Assembly: GCF_006345805.1 (NCBI RefSeq)
Contig: NC_043008.1
Location: 9,734,001 to 9,798,000 of the forward strand
Source: Octopus sinensis
Taxonomy: Eukaryota
Length of the DNA: 64,000 nt
Direction: 5' to 3'
Position numbers and translations under genes: made by a program. Below the pieces are notes generated by a model, which was not told the DNA's origin, ran no database searches, and saw nothing but the letters and a program-made list of their open reading frames with translations. The stretch's first letter is position 1. Every line of letters starts with the position of its first letter. Positions 23,985 to 34,782 of this stretch are shown piece after piece.

Positions 23985-24645
23985 CCAGAGATATATAACA
24001 GCATCCGATAGTATGGGCGATGCCTTGATACCGTGGTATAAATGTTAATATCGGGAAAGAAGGAAGCATGTGATTATGCCAAGCTGAGCTACCAAAAATC
24101 TGCACACACCACACACACATACACATATGCACACATACACACATACACAAATGCACGCAATATATTTATTAACTGAGATGAGAGGAATATCCCTTGTATA
24201 TTTATATATGTATATAAAGCTAGAAATATGTTTGCCATGATTACTCCATGCTAATCAATATTTCATATACTAATTGGGATTTAAAAGGCGTTCCATAGCC
24301 GTCCCCAATCAGTCTGTGTAAACAGGTTTTGATGTTTCATTGTTTTGTTAACCTGGAAATGTGTATATGCTACAATATGGATTTTATTCCCGTGTAAGAG
24401 TATCAACTACGCTATTAGTTAATGTTTACTCGCTTTTCCTTTTGTTTTGATGTTTGATTTTGCATGGCAGTAAAGTGCGATTCCATTACAGATGTTCAGT
24501 CAAGAGTAAGAACATAAGTGATTCTGTTTACCGCCATAAAACTGCTGAACAAAATACAGTAAGCAATACGAATGATCCAGCACCCAAACGACACTCAGTA
24601 CACTTCCTCCTCGGTGAGCGGAGTCTTTACAGAAATGTGATAACA
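23985..24645 (+). repeat. Segment duplicated in inverted orientation at 49325-50007
   Basis: Long exact blocks, e.g. GATTCTGTTTACCGCCATAAAACTGCTGAAC and TAATTGGGATTTAAAAGGCGTTCCATAGCCGTCCCCAATCAGTCTGTGTAAAC, match the rc of the 49 kb region. Confidence 0.95.
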
Positions 24646-24929
24646 ACGGATCTTTATCACAGAAAAGTGATAATGAAGTCACGATGACAGACATGCTGGT
24701 CTCCCAGTATATATATAATGCCCTGCCAGTGTGTATACTTAGCAGATATATAACAGGTGACTAAAATAATATAAAAAATATATCTATACGGGAAAATTTT
24801 ACGTTTAACTTTTATAGCAGCGATACATTTTCATCAGGTTTCATGAGACGTTTTCTTCTCTGCAATTTCTGTTGTAAATCAGGGTGAAGGAATGGGCGAT
24901 AAAACGGAACGGTGTCGTGTTCCTTTTCC

Positions 24930-25175
24930 CATACCTATTTCTATTTCTTTAATACCCACAAGGGGCTAAACATAGAGGGGACAAACAAGGACAGACATAG
25001 GTATTAAGTCGATTACATCGACCCCAGTGCGTAACTGGTACTTAATTTATCGACCCCGAAAGGATGAAAGGCAAAGTTGACCTCGGCGGAATTTGAATTC
25101 AGAACGTAGCGCCAGACGAAATACCGCTAAGCATTTCACCCGGTGTGCGAACGTTTCTGCCAGCTCGCCACCTTT
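24930..25175 (-). mobile_element. Complete family A SINE
   Basis: rc of GGTGGCGAGCTGGCAGAAACGTTCGCACACCGG...GTATTAAAGAAATAGAAATAGG. Confidence 0.92.
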
Positions 25176-25388
25176 TCCCATACCGACAGGTTGTGAGTGC
25201 GAACTAATGACGCACTCCTCGATTTAATAGTGAAATCAGTACTTATAGTGGTACCTGCATACGGATCAGTAGACGGACCCAATGTAGAGTTAGCTCCCTT
25301 GGCTACAGACATGCCTGGGAGACGGAGAAAGGTTTTGAATCACAGAAGTTTAGGTTGCTTGATGTTATCTTATCTGATTCAACTATCT

Positions 25389-25430
<42 letters not shown>

Positions 25431-25689
25431 TTTCTTTCTTTCTTTCTTTCGTTCTCTCTTACTCTCATACAAACACGTTTTGGGTAGGTTTAAACTTGCC
25501 ATAGAAATTTCATAAGACTTTCAAAGAATAGACAGACGGAAACATGGTAAATATAGAAACAGAAAAAAAATCTTATTATAGCAGAGAAGCCATACTATTA
25601 GTGTGGCATCAACTAAAAGAAGATATGACAGTGTTGTCATAGAATCTCTGCATATTTACGTAGGCTATTAACTTTGTGACTTCGTGTAG

Positions 25690-25798
25690 GTGCGCGGATA
25701 TCTACATCTGAAGAATTTCAAGTGGGCGTGCTGTTGTACACAACTTATCGTCTCATGATCGGAACTAGGATCTGAATCAAATAGCGAGGATAACCAAG
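25690..25798 (+). other. Splice-signal-bounded segment, probably non-coding if real
   Basis: ttcgtgtag|GTGCGC...CCAAG|gtaagt; stops in all three frames. Confidence 0.2.
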
Positions 25799-26111
25799 GT
25801 AAGTTCACAGCTGGGGTTGGAATATATTTTAACACCTTCTTTAGATGGATAACACATGAAATCAGAACCGAAATATGTAAAATTCTTAGAATTACGTTTT
25901 CTTTCTTTGACACCTGTTCTTCAACTTTGGCATTAATAGGCATTGTTTAACGTTCACCTTTCGTCGATGATTGTTCAGTTTCAATTAATTAACGTTACCG
26001 TGATATCTACTCTTGATTAACTAATACTTAAATTAATTAATATCTACTTTTAATTAACTTGTTAAATATGCACTGTCTTGTCCGTCTCGGGCGGACGAAT
26101 TGTTTCGTCTG

Positions 26112-26235
26112 AGAATACAACAAAACAGCAAACAATACGAATGATACCCAAGCGAGAGTCAATACCCAAGCGAGAGTCAATACACTTCTTTCTCGGTTAG
26201 CGGAATTTCTATAGACATGTAATAACAATAAATCT
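26112..26235 (+). repeat. Diverged third copy of the 24.55-24.66 kb core
   Basis: CAATACGAATGAT..CCCAAGCGAGAGTCAATACACTTCTTTCTCGGTTAGCGGAATTTCTATAGACATGTAATAAC aligns to CAATACGAATGAT..CCCAAACGACACTCAGTACACTTCCTCCTCGGTGAGCGGAGTCTTTACAGAAATGTGATAAC. Confidence 0.8.
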
Positions 26236-26288
26236 TTATCATTCAGAAATAATTTTCAAACGATTTTTATAAACTTTATTAACTCATG

Positions 26289-26570
26289 TGGAGACACATG
26301 GCCTAGTGGTTAGAGCAACTGACTCGCGGTCGAGGGATTGCGGGTTCGAATCCCAGACCGGGCGATGTGTGTGTTTATGAGCGAAACACCTAAGCTCCAC
26401 GCGGCTCCGACAGAATGTAATGGCGAACTTCTGTTGACTCTTTCGCCACAACTTTCTCTCACTCTTGCAACTCACCGGCGTCACATCCAGGTGGGTAACC
26501 TATACGCCAAGGAAACTGGGAAACAGGCCCTTATGAGTCAGGCATGGCTTGAGAAGGAACAAACATATTA
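26289..26570 (+). mobile_element. Family D tRNA-derived SINE
   Basis: TGGCCTAGTGGTTAGAGC (A box)..GGGTTCGAATCCC (B box); head shared with rc of 59940-60075. Confidence 0.85.
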
Positions 26571-26609
26571 ACTCATAAATGAAAATATTTAAACCGTTTA
26601 TTTTATTGT

Positions 26610-27730
26610 CTAGACCTGAAACATTTGTAGAGGATTGCTTCCTTGGACCATCTTTGCTACATTCATCCACGCTTCAACGAATTCAAAGTTACTGGAAGGT
26701 AACACTTTCCTTTCTGTCCTCACTTTCCTTTCCACGTGAAACTTCAAAAAGTTATTGAGAGTTTGGCCAAAGATGAAGGTTTCACTGTTTTCAGTCTTCT
26801 CCATCACAGAACTTCTTTCGCGAAGGCCACCAGACAGACAAACACTGCTTGCTCTACCCAACAAAGGGAAGACGGTAGGAGGGTTTACACAATGGAACCA
26901 GCTGACAGGTGGATCCATCCTACAAGAGACAGCAGGTGTTCGACGTAACTCCATAAGTCATCATGGTAGTTGAAGTCCAATACATGAGCTGGTCAACCAC
27001 TAGTCAAGAACAAGCGCACCAAGCGCCCCTTAAAATACACGTACATCTACTTTGAATCGAAATTTGGCCCCCGAATTGCGGTTTGTACCTCTCCCACTGA
27101 GGTCCATCGAACGATTTTCGATCCGTTGCTCCTCAGAGCACATGTCTTAGTTCTGACAACGAAACCTTTGCGTTTCACATTAAAAGATTAATCTCACCGC
27201 AAGCACATCGGTTGCGATGCCATTCCCAAGTGGTTCTCTTAAGTTTCCTGCAACGTTACCCTCTACACTAGTTTTCTCTGTCGCTACTTCCTTACTAAAC
27301 TTTCTCGATTCTACTTAATCACTCTTTTCTGGGCGAACCACCATTTTTTGTAAACGATCCCTCCATCAACGTCCGCTTAACTAGTTCTCTAATCCAGTCA
27401 CTATAAGATTCGCGTCTGGGACGACGTGTCCAGTTTCCACAATTCTCCCTATCTACAAAGCTTATCTATGTCGACCGTAGTGATCAACAAATCTGTTATC
27501 TGGACAACCTATGCTTGCCCTGTCTACTGGCCCACAAGACACTCTTTCCAGATATGAACTGGATGCCCCGATGCGATTTGTCCAAATTCTTTTCGTTCTG
27601 TGTCACTTATTCCAGTTCGGTAGATCTACGTTCCATACATCTATAGTTATTTGGTTTCTTCTTTATGTCTTTTTGGAGCCTTTTGCCGAAAATTCAAAGA
27701 TACAGTGTGTCATGTCTGCTTCAGAAATGT
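26610..27730 (-). mobile_element. Tx1/L1-clade LINE ORF2 remnant
   Basis: DLWSYVEHLLSLVGWIHLSAGSIV and FGQTLNNFLKFHVERKVRTERKVL..WMNVAKMV; homologous to 18270-18600; upstream limit uncertain. Confidence 0.65.
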
Positions 27731-28369
27731 ATCACATTTTTTGTAATCCTACGAGGATACATGAATAGCTTCTGTCAGAGCCATGTGATCGAAACCGCTA
27801 ACAATGAATTCGTTTGTCGAGTTGAGGTTGTTGTTATTAATGGTGTTGTTATTAATGCTGGTGGCGTTGTTTTAGTGTCATTAGTGCGTGTGTTGTTGCT
27901 ATTGAAGACGTGTTTTTCTAATCATTCCTATTTACGACAGTTTTGTTGTTTCCGTTGTTGATGTTGTTTTTAATCTTTACTCTTGTCACAGATGTAATTT
28001 CGATGCTTTTCTTTGATTTCCTTTAAATGAATATATTATAGAAAAAAATACAGATTTTGCCCCGAAGGGCGAAAACAAAAGAAACTAAGCTCCAGAGAAT
28101 GCTGGTTAGTTTACAATAACACTGAACAAAAGTTTGCAAACACAATCCTATAAAAGCATAATTAAAAAACATAATTAAAAAACAATTAACACAAACAAAA
28201 TCTCAGTGCAAGTTGAAGGGGCGTCTTGTCGATTCCAAAACAACAACAACAACAATTGTAATAAATTAAATCACGTTGATAGACTTTGCACTAAATTTCC
28301 CCGTTTAGCGATATTGAAAATGGTAATTAGTTTCTCCTTTAATTAAACTTCTCATTAACAACGACTAAG

Positions 28370-28690
28370 TCAGTGAACCGGTAGAACCATTAGCACGCCG
28401 GGCGAAGTGCTTTGCGGCATTTCGTTCCGAGTTCAAATTCCGCCGAGGTCGACTTTGCCTTTCATCCTTTCGGGGTCGATTAAATAAGTACCAGTTACAC
28501 ACTGGGGTCGATGTAATCGACTTAATCCGTTTGTCTGTCCTTGTGTATCCCCTCTATGTTTAGCCCCTTGTGGGCAATAAAAAAAATAAGAATCGTTAGC
28601 ACGCCGAGTCAAATGCTTAACGGCATTTCGTGTTTTCATGTTCTGAGTTCAAATTCCGCTGAAGTCGACTTTGCCTTTCATCTTTCCGAG
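28370..28690 (+). mobile_element. Family A SINE plus partial second copy
   Basis: ATTAGCACGCCGGGCGAAGTGC...GCCCCTTGTGGGCAATAAA then GTTAGCACGCCGAG. Confidence 0.88.
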
Positions 28691-29049
28691 ATGTCGATCA
28701 ATTCTTTGGGAAATTTGGTTCACAGATATTGAGAAACTATGAAAAAAAATTGAGCGTGTCTGTGCTACATTAATGGAATGACAAGGCGGCAGGCATTACG
28801 TAGCAAACTTCATTAGCCTACAGTTGTTTCTGCTATGTGAAGCAGTGCATTCAGACCTGAGTGCGTGTGCACATTACCTTATAGCATTGTCGAGGCCTTT
28901 AACAGGGAGTGTGTTTATTTCATACCAAAAGAACCTATTATTATGAAACGTAGTGGCATCGGGTGTAGGTCATTACGGGATTGGAATGGAATAAGGAAAT
29001 AAGGAGTGTGTAATTGTTTCTGGTCAACATTTAAGTAATAAAGATAAAG

Positions 29050-29290
29050 ATCTTTCCCGAGTCATATAGACTCATAGGGTCGGTTTGCCGGTTTCCGTGG
29101 TGTCTATATTCCCCTCCTGGACGGAAACCTGTCAGTTGCAGGATTACTCATTTTTGCCATCTGAGTGGACTGTAGCAATGTGAAATGAAGTGTTTTGCTC
29201 AAGAATACAATGAGTCGCCCGATCCAGGAAACGAAACCACAATCTTACAATCATAAGTTCATCACCCTGACCACTAAGCCACGCACCTCT
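29050..29290 (-). mobile_element. Family C tRNA-derived SINE
   Basis: rc head GAGGTGCGTGGCTTAGTGGTCAGGGTG..TTTCGTTTCCTGG, then CTTGAGCAAAACACTTCATTTCAC. Confidence 0.8.
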
Positions 29291-29519
29291 ACCGTCAAGT
29301 ATTGATGAATTCAATTAGGTGGTCATACGATCAGTAATTTAAGAGGATTGAAAAAGAAGTGGTTGAAGACTCTTTGGTTTATTGTTGAGAGTCGAGACAA
29401 CTTACCGTCGTCTATTAGATAATGAACAACCTCCAATATAATTCAGCTGGGTGCTACAATACCCGTTAATTATAAAATATTTTCACAGCTTACAACATCG
29501 AACAGAAAACACTGAATTT

Positions 29520-29914
29520 AAGTAAAGTTAAGTTAAGTTAAGTTAATTTTTTGGCTCAAAAAGCAAAAAGCAAGGCCATGTAGGGGGACATGGAGTTATG
29601 TACAGGGAGGGTATTCAAGCAAAGAGTTCAGACCATTTCTGGTCAAGAGAGACTTTGAACCAAGCGGTCGTCGGCATCTTCACTATCTCGTCCGGCAGTT
29701 TATTCCACGGATCCGCAACCCGGACGGAGAAAGCCCCTCTCCTTCGATTGAGATGAAATCGTCGCAGATAGAGCTTTTCGGAGTGACCCCGCAGCCGACG
29801 CTCTGGAGCAGGAGTGAAGAACAGCTCTTTCGAGAGGTTACACTTTCCGCTTATGATGTTGTGAGCAAGAATGAGATCACCACGGCGTCGTCGTTTTTCT
29901 AGGTCCAGCTCCAT
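29520..29914 (-). mobile_element. 5'-truncated CR1/L2-group LINE 3' end with (TTAAC)n tail
   Basis: Uninterrupted LEKRRRRGDLILAHNII..RLRGHSEKL..FSVRVADPWNKLP..FKVSLDQKW, the canonical CR1 ORF2 C-terminus, followed by a short UTR and TAACT repeats. Confidence 0.92.
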
Positions 29915-30599
29915 TAAAATAAAATAATTCGCTTTCGTATTTTAAGCTTTTCCTGCTGGGAAAGAATGTTTCGATGGTTTTGTAAGATCAGAGGGCAGCG
30001 TTAATAAACGTTTGAAAACCCTCTACTCTTTAGGCGAGAAACTGACAATTGTCTAGTCAGCCATTATAAATACTTCAGGTGATAGTGTAAGGCTGATTGC
30101 ATTAACTTACGCGTGAATTTTTGTACTTTTACATTTTCCGTAATAAATTTGACATAGAGTATTCTTTCAGTTCGTTTATTTCTGCTATGGGAATTCGATT
30201 TAGGCGGATAAAACCTGATTGTTCATGAAATATTTGCACGGGAATAAAATACTTTCCATTAAACTTTCAAATTTTGATGTTCGGAATAGAAATTTTTTAT
30301 TCGGTGTTTCGGAAAATTGAAGCTATATGAGGATGAATGAATTAATAATTACACTGGGGGTATGCAATAAAAAAAAACAATTCTTTAACTTCAACAGAGT
30401 AGAATTATATTCTCTCTCTCACTCTCGATGCTCCGAAGTTTATCTGCCACTATTTGTCTGTCTCTCTATGTAGCTAGCTGTGTATCCCTCTTTCTGTAGC
30501 GTTGGCTGAGTTTTGAGGTCGACCATGAAATAAATACATATCGGTTGAGTTTAACCCTTTTTTAAATTATATTATTATTAATAGAGACCATTTTCTTTC

Positions 30600-30980
30600 G
30601 TAACATGACCATGTAGATCACTATTTAATATGACTATCTGGGACCTCCTTCGGTTACGACACTGACCATGGGATTGGACCTAGAAAGTTACCCTCCTAGA
30701 CACAAGTCCGGGCAAGGTTGCTTATGGAAGACCAGCAATCGCCCATGCATGGCGGCCTCCCCTCTCCACGCCACTAGTGTTATCCAAGGGAAAGGCAAAG
30801 GGGCTGATACAGCTTGGCACCTGTGACGTCGCAACTCATTTCTACAGCTGAGTGAACTGGAGCAACGTGAAATAAAGTGTCTTGCTCAAGCAAGAACACA
30901 ACACGCAGCACGATCCGGGATTCGAGCTCACAACCTCACGATCGTAAGCTCGACGATCGTAAGATCACGATCGTAAGCTC
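30600..30980 (-). mobile_element. Family C-type SINE with a different 3' tail; head replaced by a triple repeat
   Basis: CAGCTGAGTGAACTGGAGCAACGTGAAATAAAGTGTCTTGCTCAAG; CACGATCGTAAGCTC-like unit x3 at 30937-30980. Confidence 0.75.
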
Positions 30981-31049
30981 AAATTTTCAAAGAAATCTAT
31001 TTTAATTCGTCGTTGGAGTAAATTTTCTTCAGCTGGCATAAGGGCTAAC

Positions 31050-31165
31050 CTTTCTCTCCTCTCGTATTTTTGCAGTGTAGGTTTTCTTCAATGTAGAAAA
31101 GGGACGTTGTACAGAGACAGTTGAAGAAGGAGTTGTCAAATTCATATTGCTACGATTGAAGAGTA
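31050..31165 (-). CDS. Candidate internal coding exon (116 bp, phase 1 to 0)
   Basis: ctttaccag|TACTC...GAGAAAG|gttagc; only one frame open: LFNRSNMNLTTPSSTVSVQRPFSTLKKTYTAKIREERK. Confidence 0.35.
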
Positions 31166-31174
31166 CTGGTAAAG

Positions 31175-31608
31175 GGATCTTTTCGGTTTGACCGGCAGTT
31201 TTTTCTAGCGGTGTCATATGAAATTGTCACCTATAATTATGACCCTAGTATCGATCTATTGCATTTCAATCTATTTTAAGGTTAGGGTTAGTTAGGGTTA
31301 GGGTTAGCGGTGGGGAGAAGGGTATCTTTTTTCTTCAGAAATGTAAATAAACCCAATCTGTTTCTTAAACGATGGACATATTCATACGGCACAGAATGTT
31401 TTCACCTCAATAGACGTCATTGATTGGTTGAAATTGCAGAAATTGAAGAAGAAAAAAACAACAAATATCTTACAAACTATAGAATTTTCTCAATAAAGCC
31501 AAGAGAAAAAGATGTTTTATAAACACATTCTACCAGTATACGAAGTTTAAAAGTGTTTAGTTACGTGGAAATTATTTTAAAAAACTGCCGGTCAAACCGA
31601 AAAGATCC
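31175..31608. mobile_element. MITE with 9-bp TSD (Mutator- or Merlin-like), carrying internal TTAGGG repeats
   Basis: TSD CTGGTAAAG at 31166-31174 and 31609-31617; TIR GGATCTTTTCGGTTTGACCGGCAGTTTT; GGTTAGGGTTAGTTAGGGTTAGGGTTAG near 31280-31308. Confidence 0.9.
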
Positions 31609-32759
31609 CTGGTAAAGTTTATTAAAGGAAATATAATACAGTAAATTACATAGAATTTGCGTTTCAAAACTTTCCATTGAATAACACTTAGTCCACTCTG
31701 TAATCAAATTATTTCAACAAAACTACCATAAGTGGCTTTTAAGGAATTCAAAACATTCATATCTTGCTTTTAATTGCTCAACTATTATGCCTCTAATTTT
31801 GTTAAAGAGCAGTCTATTATGTTGTTGCAGGTCAATGGAATTTATCCTGAATCTTTTAATTTCGATTGCTGCATCAAATTTATATACCACCCACCCCGAT
31901 CCACTCAACGTTTCATAATATATTGAAAAATCGTTCAGTTTATTTTCAAGCACGGTTCTATTTTATTTGTTGATTACAATACACTATGTCAAGGTTTTTA
32001 TTTGAAGAATGTTAAATAAAACATCAGTGAAGGAAAATATGACACTAAATACTTTTCATCTACAAGAATAACTACAAATTTAGCCTGCTTATGATCATTA
32101 ACTCTGTCATTCAACATAACCTTTTGAATCGCATCAAGTCATTTTGAATTCTGTTTGAGAGACTTGAGAGTACAGAAGTTGAATCTAAATGACTTGCTAA
32201 TTTCTCTCCATATTTACTGATTAAATATTACAGTTTTTTTTTTTTTGTAATTCTTGCGATTACTGATCCAGTAGCAGCTTTGTAGGTCTTATGATCCAGT
32301 GGCAGCTGTGTATGATGTCATCAGGCGAGTGGCTTTGAGAGCGGTGCCGCTGGATCACGTCCAAATTCTCATTGTTTTATACACAGATTCTATTTTAGCA
32401 TTCTATTGATAAAGATTAACACGAAAGTCATAAAATACAAAATACAGTAATAGAAATATAAAAATCAAAAATATAAATTATAAAATAAATAGACCCAAAA
32501 CTAGTCAACGGAAATAAAAACAAAAGCAAAAATAGAAATAAAAAGCATCAAATACAAATTAACAAAACGTTGAATTCGGTCTCGTTTAACATAAACAAAT
32601 CTCACCCTTTATGAAGATAAATTCACATTGAGATGCCAAAATATAAACTAGGACTCATTAACGCTTTTGTCTGTAAGCGTTTTCATTCGAAGGAGGCGTG
32701 GTCGACTTAATAACCGAAGCAGGAATCCAACTTCGCTGCCAGTTCGCATGATGTCTTTT

Positions 32760-33006
32760 ACCTTTTATCTTTGGCTCGTTTCAGTCATTAGACTGCGGCC
32801 AAGCTGGGGCACCGCTTTGAAGCATTTTTAGTCGAATTAATAGACCCCAGAACTTGACTTTTGTTTAGCACGATACTTAGTCTGTAGCTCTCTTTTGCCG
32901 AACTGTTAAGTAAGTTACGAGGACGTACACACACCAACACCGGTCTTCAAGCGGTAATGGGGCGAGAAGGACACACACACAAAAATACACATACACACAA
33001 ACGCAC

Positions 33007-33058
<52 letters not shown>

Positions 33059-33215
33059 GACGGGCTTCTTTCAGTTTCCCTTTACCAAATCCACTCGTAA
33101 GGTTTTCGTCGGCCTGAGGCTATTGTAGAAATGACTTGCCCGATGTGCCAAGCAGTGGGACTGAACCCAGAACCATGTGGTTGGGAACCAAGGTCCTTAC
33201 TACACAGCCACGCAC
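32760..33215 (-). mobile_element. Family B SINE
   Basis: TTTCAGTCATTAGACTGCGGCC...GACGGGCTTCTTTCAGTTTCC...ACACAGCCAC. Confidence 0.85.
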
Positions 33216-33246
33216 GCCCACATGTAAATATATATGTTTGTGTATG

Positions 33247-33306
<60 letters not shown>

Positions 33307-33314
33307 ATATATAT

Positions 33315-33611
33315 GGTGTGATTATAATCAAAATAAGCAACAAGAATGACTCCGGTAATTTGGTACGATCGTTTCGTACTACATCATTTTATTAAATGTT
33401 GTAAGTATTACAACAGTTTTAAAATGCTGAGCACTCATCAGCCAATTATAGAGGTTTTCCATTAATACAAAATGTTCACTTGATATGATGAGTGCTCCGC
33501 ATTTTAAAACTGTTGTAATACTTACAACATTTAATAAAATGATGTAGTACGAAAACATCGTACCAAATTACCGGAGTCATTCGTGTTGCTTATTTTGATT
33601 ATAATCACCCC
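33315..33611. mobile_element. Foldback MITE with about 128-bp near-perfect TIRs (copy 1)
   Basis: GGTGTGATTATAATCAAAATAAGCAAC...GAGCACTCATCA / TGATGAGTGCTC...GTTGCTTATTTTGATTATAATCACCCC, spacer about 45 bp. Confidence 0.9.
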
Positions 33612-34178
33612 AAGGATTTTTATGGATAACACCATACAGAATTCTGGTGCATCTAAATTTAGTACCAAATTCATTCGAATCTAAATTTTTGCTAAACTTA
33701 TATATATATATGTATATATTTATTTATGTGTGCATGTATGTATGTATACACAAGCATAGAGACAGACAGAAATAGCCATAAATGTACTGATGTGTGTCTA
33801 TATGCAAATGTATATATGCGTTTGAGCATGTATGGGTATGGCTGTGCTTGTATGATATCTATTTTGAATTTTGTTTGTACGATCAATCAGCCATTGTGAG
33901 AAAGTACGTCTGAGTGTGTGCGGTTGCGTATATGTATTTATATGTATGTATGATGTATGTATGTGTGTCTTTGCACGATTGTGCACATTTGTATGTACAT
34001 ACATGTGTGTATATCTGCGTATTTATGTGTTTTATATGTGTGCATGTGTGTTTCTGCGACTGTGTCTGTGTCTGTGTGTATAAGTATATATACATATGCA
34101 TATATATATACATCTATATATGTATGTCTGTATATATATGTATGTATATATACGTATATATATATATATATATTATAT

Positions 34179-34221
<43 letters not shown>

Positions 34222-34439
34222 GACGGGCTTCTTTCAGTTTCCCTTTACCAAATCCACTCATAAGGTTTTCGTCGGCCTGAGGTTACTGTAGAAATGACTT
34301 GCCCGACGTACCAAGCAGTGGGACTGAACCCAGAACCATGTGGTTGGGAACCAAGCTCCTTACTACACAGCCACGCACGCCCACATGTAAATATATATGT
34401 TTGTGTATGTATATACAAATATATATATACATATGTATA

Positions 34440-34482
<43 letters not shown>

Positions 34483-34484
<2 letters not shown>

Positions 34485-34782
34485 TGTGGTTATAATCAAA
34501 ATAAGCAACAAGAATGACTCCGGTAATTTGGTACGATCGTTTTTCGTACTACATCATTTTATTAAATGTTGTAAGTATTACAACAGTTTTAAAATGCTGA
34601 GCACTCATCAGCCAATTATAGAGGTTTTCCATTAATACAAAAAGTTTCACTTGATATGATGACTGCTCCGCATTTTAAAACTGTTGTAATACTTACAACA
34701 TTTAATAAAATGATGTAGTACGAAACGATCGTACCAAATTACCGGAGTCATTCTTGTTGCTTATTTTGATTATAATCACCCC
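34483..34782. mobile_element. Foldback MITE (copy 2, inside the tandem duplication)
   Basis: Same structure as 33315-33611. Confidence 0.9.

Noticed and set aside
32270-32390. GATCCAGT(A/G)GCAGC repeats with an inverted copy and a TATAAAA on the minus strand
   Set aside because: No open exon or stable long structure could be derived
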